Assembly: GCA_024654625.1 (NCBI GenBank)
Contig: JANLHB010000021.1
Span: 1 to 52,845 of the forward strand
Direction of reading: 5' to 3'
Length of the DNA: 52,845 bases
Origin: Patescibacteria group bacterium
Lineage (GTDB): Bacteria; Patescibacteriota; Minisyncoccia; GCA-002772825
Position numbers and translations under genes: made by a program. Of the stretch, positions 52,754 to 52,845 are shown one piece after another. The notes under the pieces are model-generated. The model was not told the DNA's origin. It did not search any database and saw only the letters and a list, made by a program, of their open reading frames with translations. The stretch's first letter is position 1. Every line of letters starts with the position of its first letter.

Positions 52754-52845
<92 letters not shown>

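Overview
This is a gene-dense, AT-rich bacterial window with about 55 CDS and 6 tRNAs. I saw no rRNA, CRISPR array or reverse transcriptase. The gene repertoire suggests a small-genome Candidate Phyla Radiation / Patescibacteria-like organism; that is inference only, no search was run. The features behind it are a shortened RF2, a PrgI/VirB4/VirB6-type secretion operon, a full type IV pilus locus plus ComFC, and many orphan membrane or secreted proteins. RF2 is present and TGA is used as a stop, so the standard code 11 applies.

Layout, left to right:
- 366-5916: envelope copper/thiol cluster (CopB-like P1B ATPase, DsbA-like protein, a Cys-cluster protein, two DUF1573 proteins).
- 6190-10767: CNNM/CBS transporter, tRNA-Gln, a THUMP-like RNA methyltransferase, a Pif1-like helicase and a DUF378 protein.
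- 10920-17566: housekeeping block (methyltransferase, RlmB, Gnd-like, DEAD-box helicase, FtsEX, RF2) and tRNA-Thr.
- 18673-30681: a 12-kb, 11-gene minus-strand T4SS-like operon. It has VirB4, a PrgI/VirB3-like protein, a VirB6/TrbL-like protein and adhesin-like secreted proteins, but no relaxase or coupling protein.
- 30775-34340: an extremely AT-rich UbiA-fusion membrane protein, then a G+C-rich islet of three lipoproteins.
- 34506-40129: GatCA, a tRNA Asp/Met/fMet cluster with two degenerate partial copies, YqeY and LigA.
- 40137-52845: a complete type IV pilus locus (four minor pilins, PilD, a REP-flanked IS200-like RAYT, PilA, PilC, PilT, a receiver-only regulator, PilB, PilMNO plus one), then ComFC and tRNA-Ser.

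The most unusual signals are several families of short GC-rich palindromes:
- A stop-free 20-bp perfect palindrome, CCTGCCTGCCGGCAGGCAGG, sits inside seven ORFs: five pilin leaders, prfB and a frameshifted small Cys ORF. It is always read as LPAGRQ.
- One REP copy lies in frame inside its own RAYT gene.
- 48-nt inverted repeats exactly bracket the prgI-like two-gene cassette, and one arm shows a filled-versus-empty 42-nt hairpin insertion.

All coordinates were read by eye from the sequence. No database searches or computations were run.
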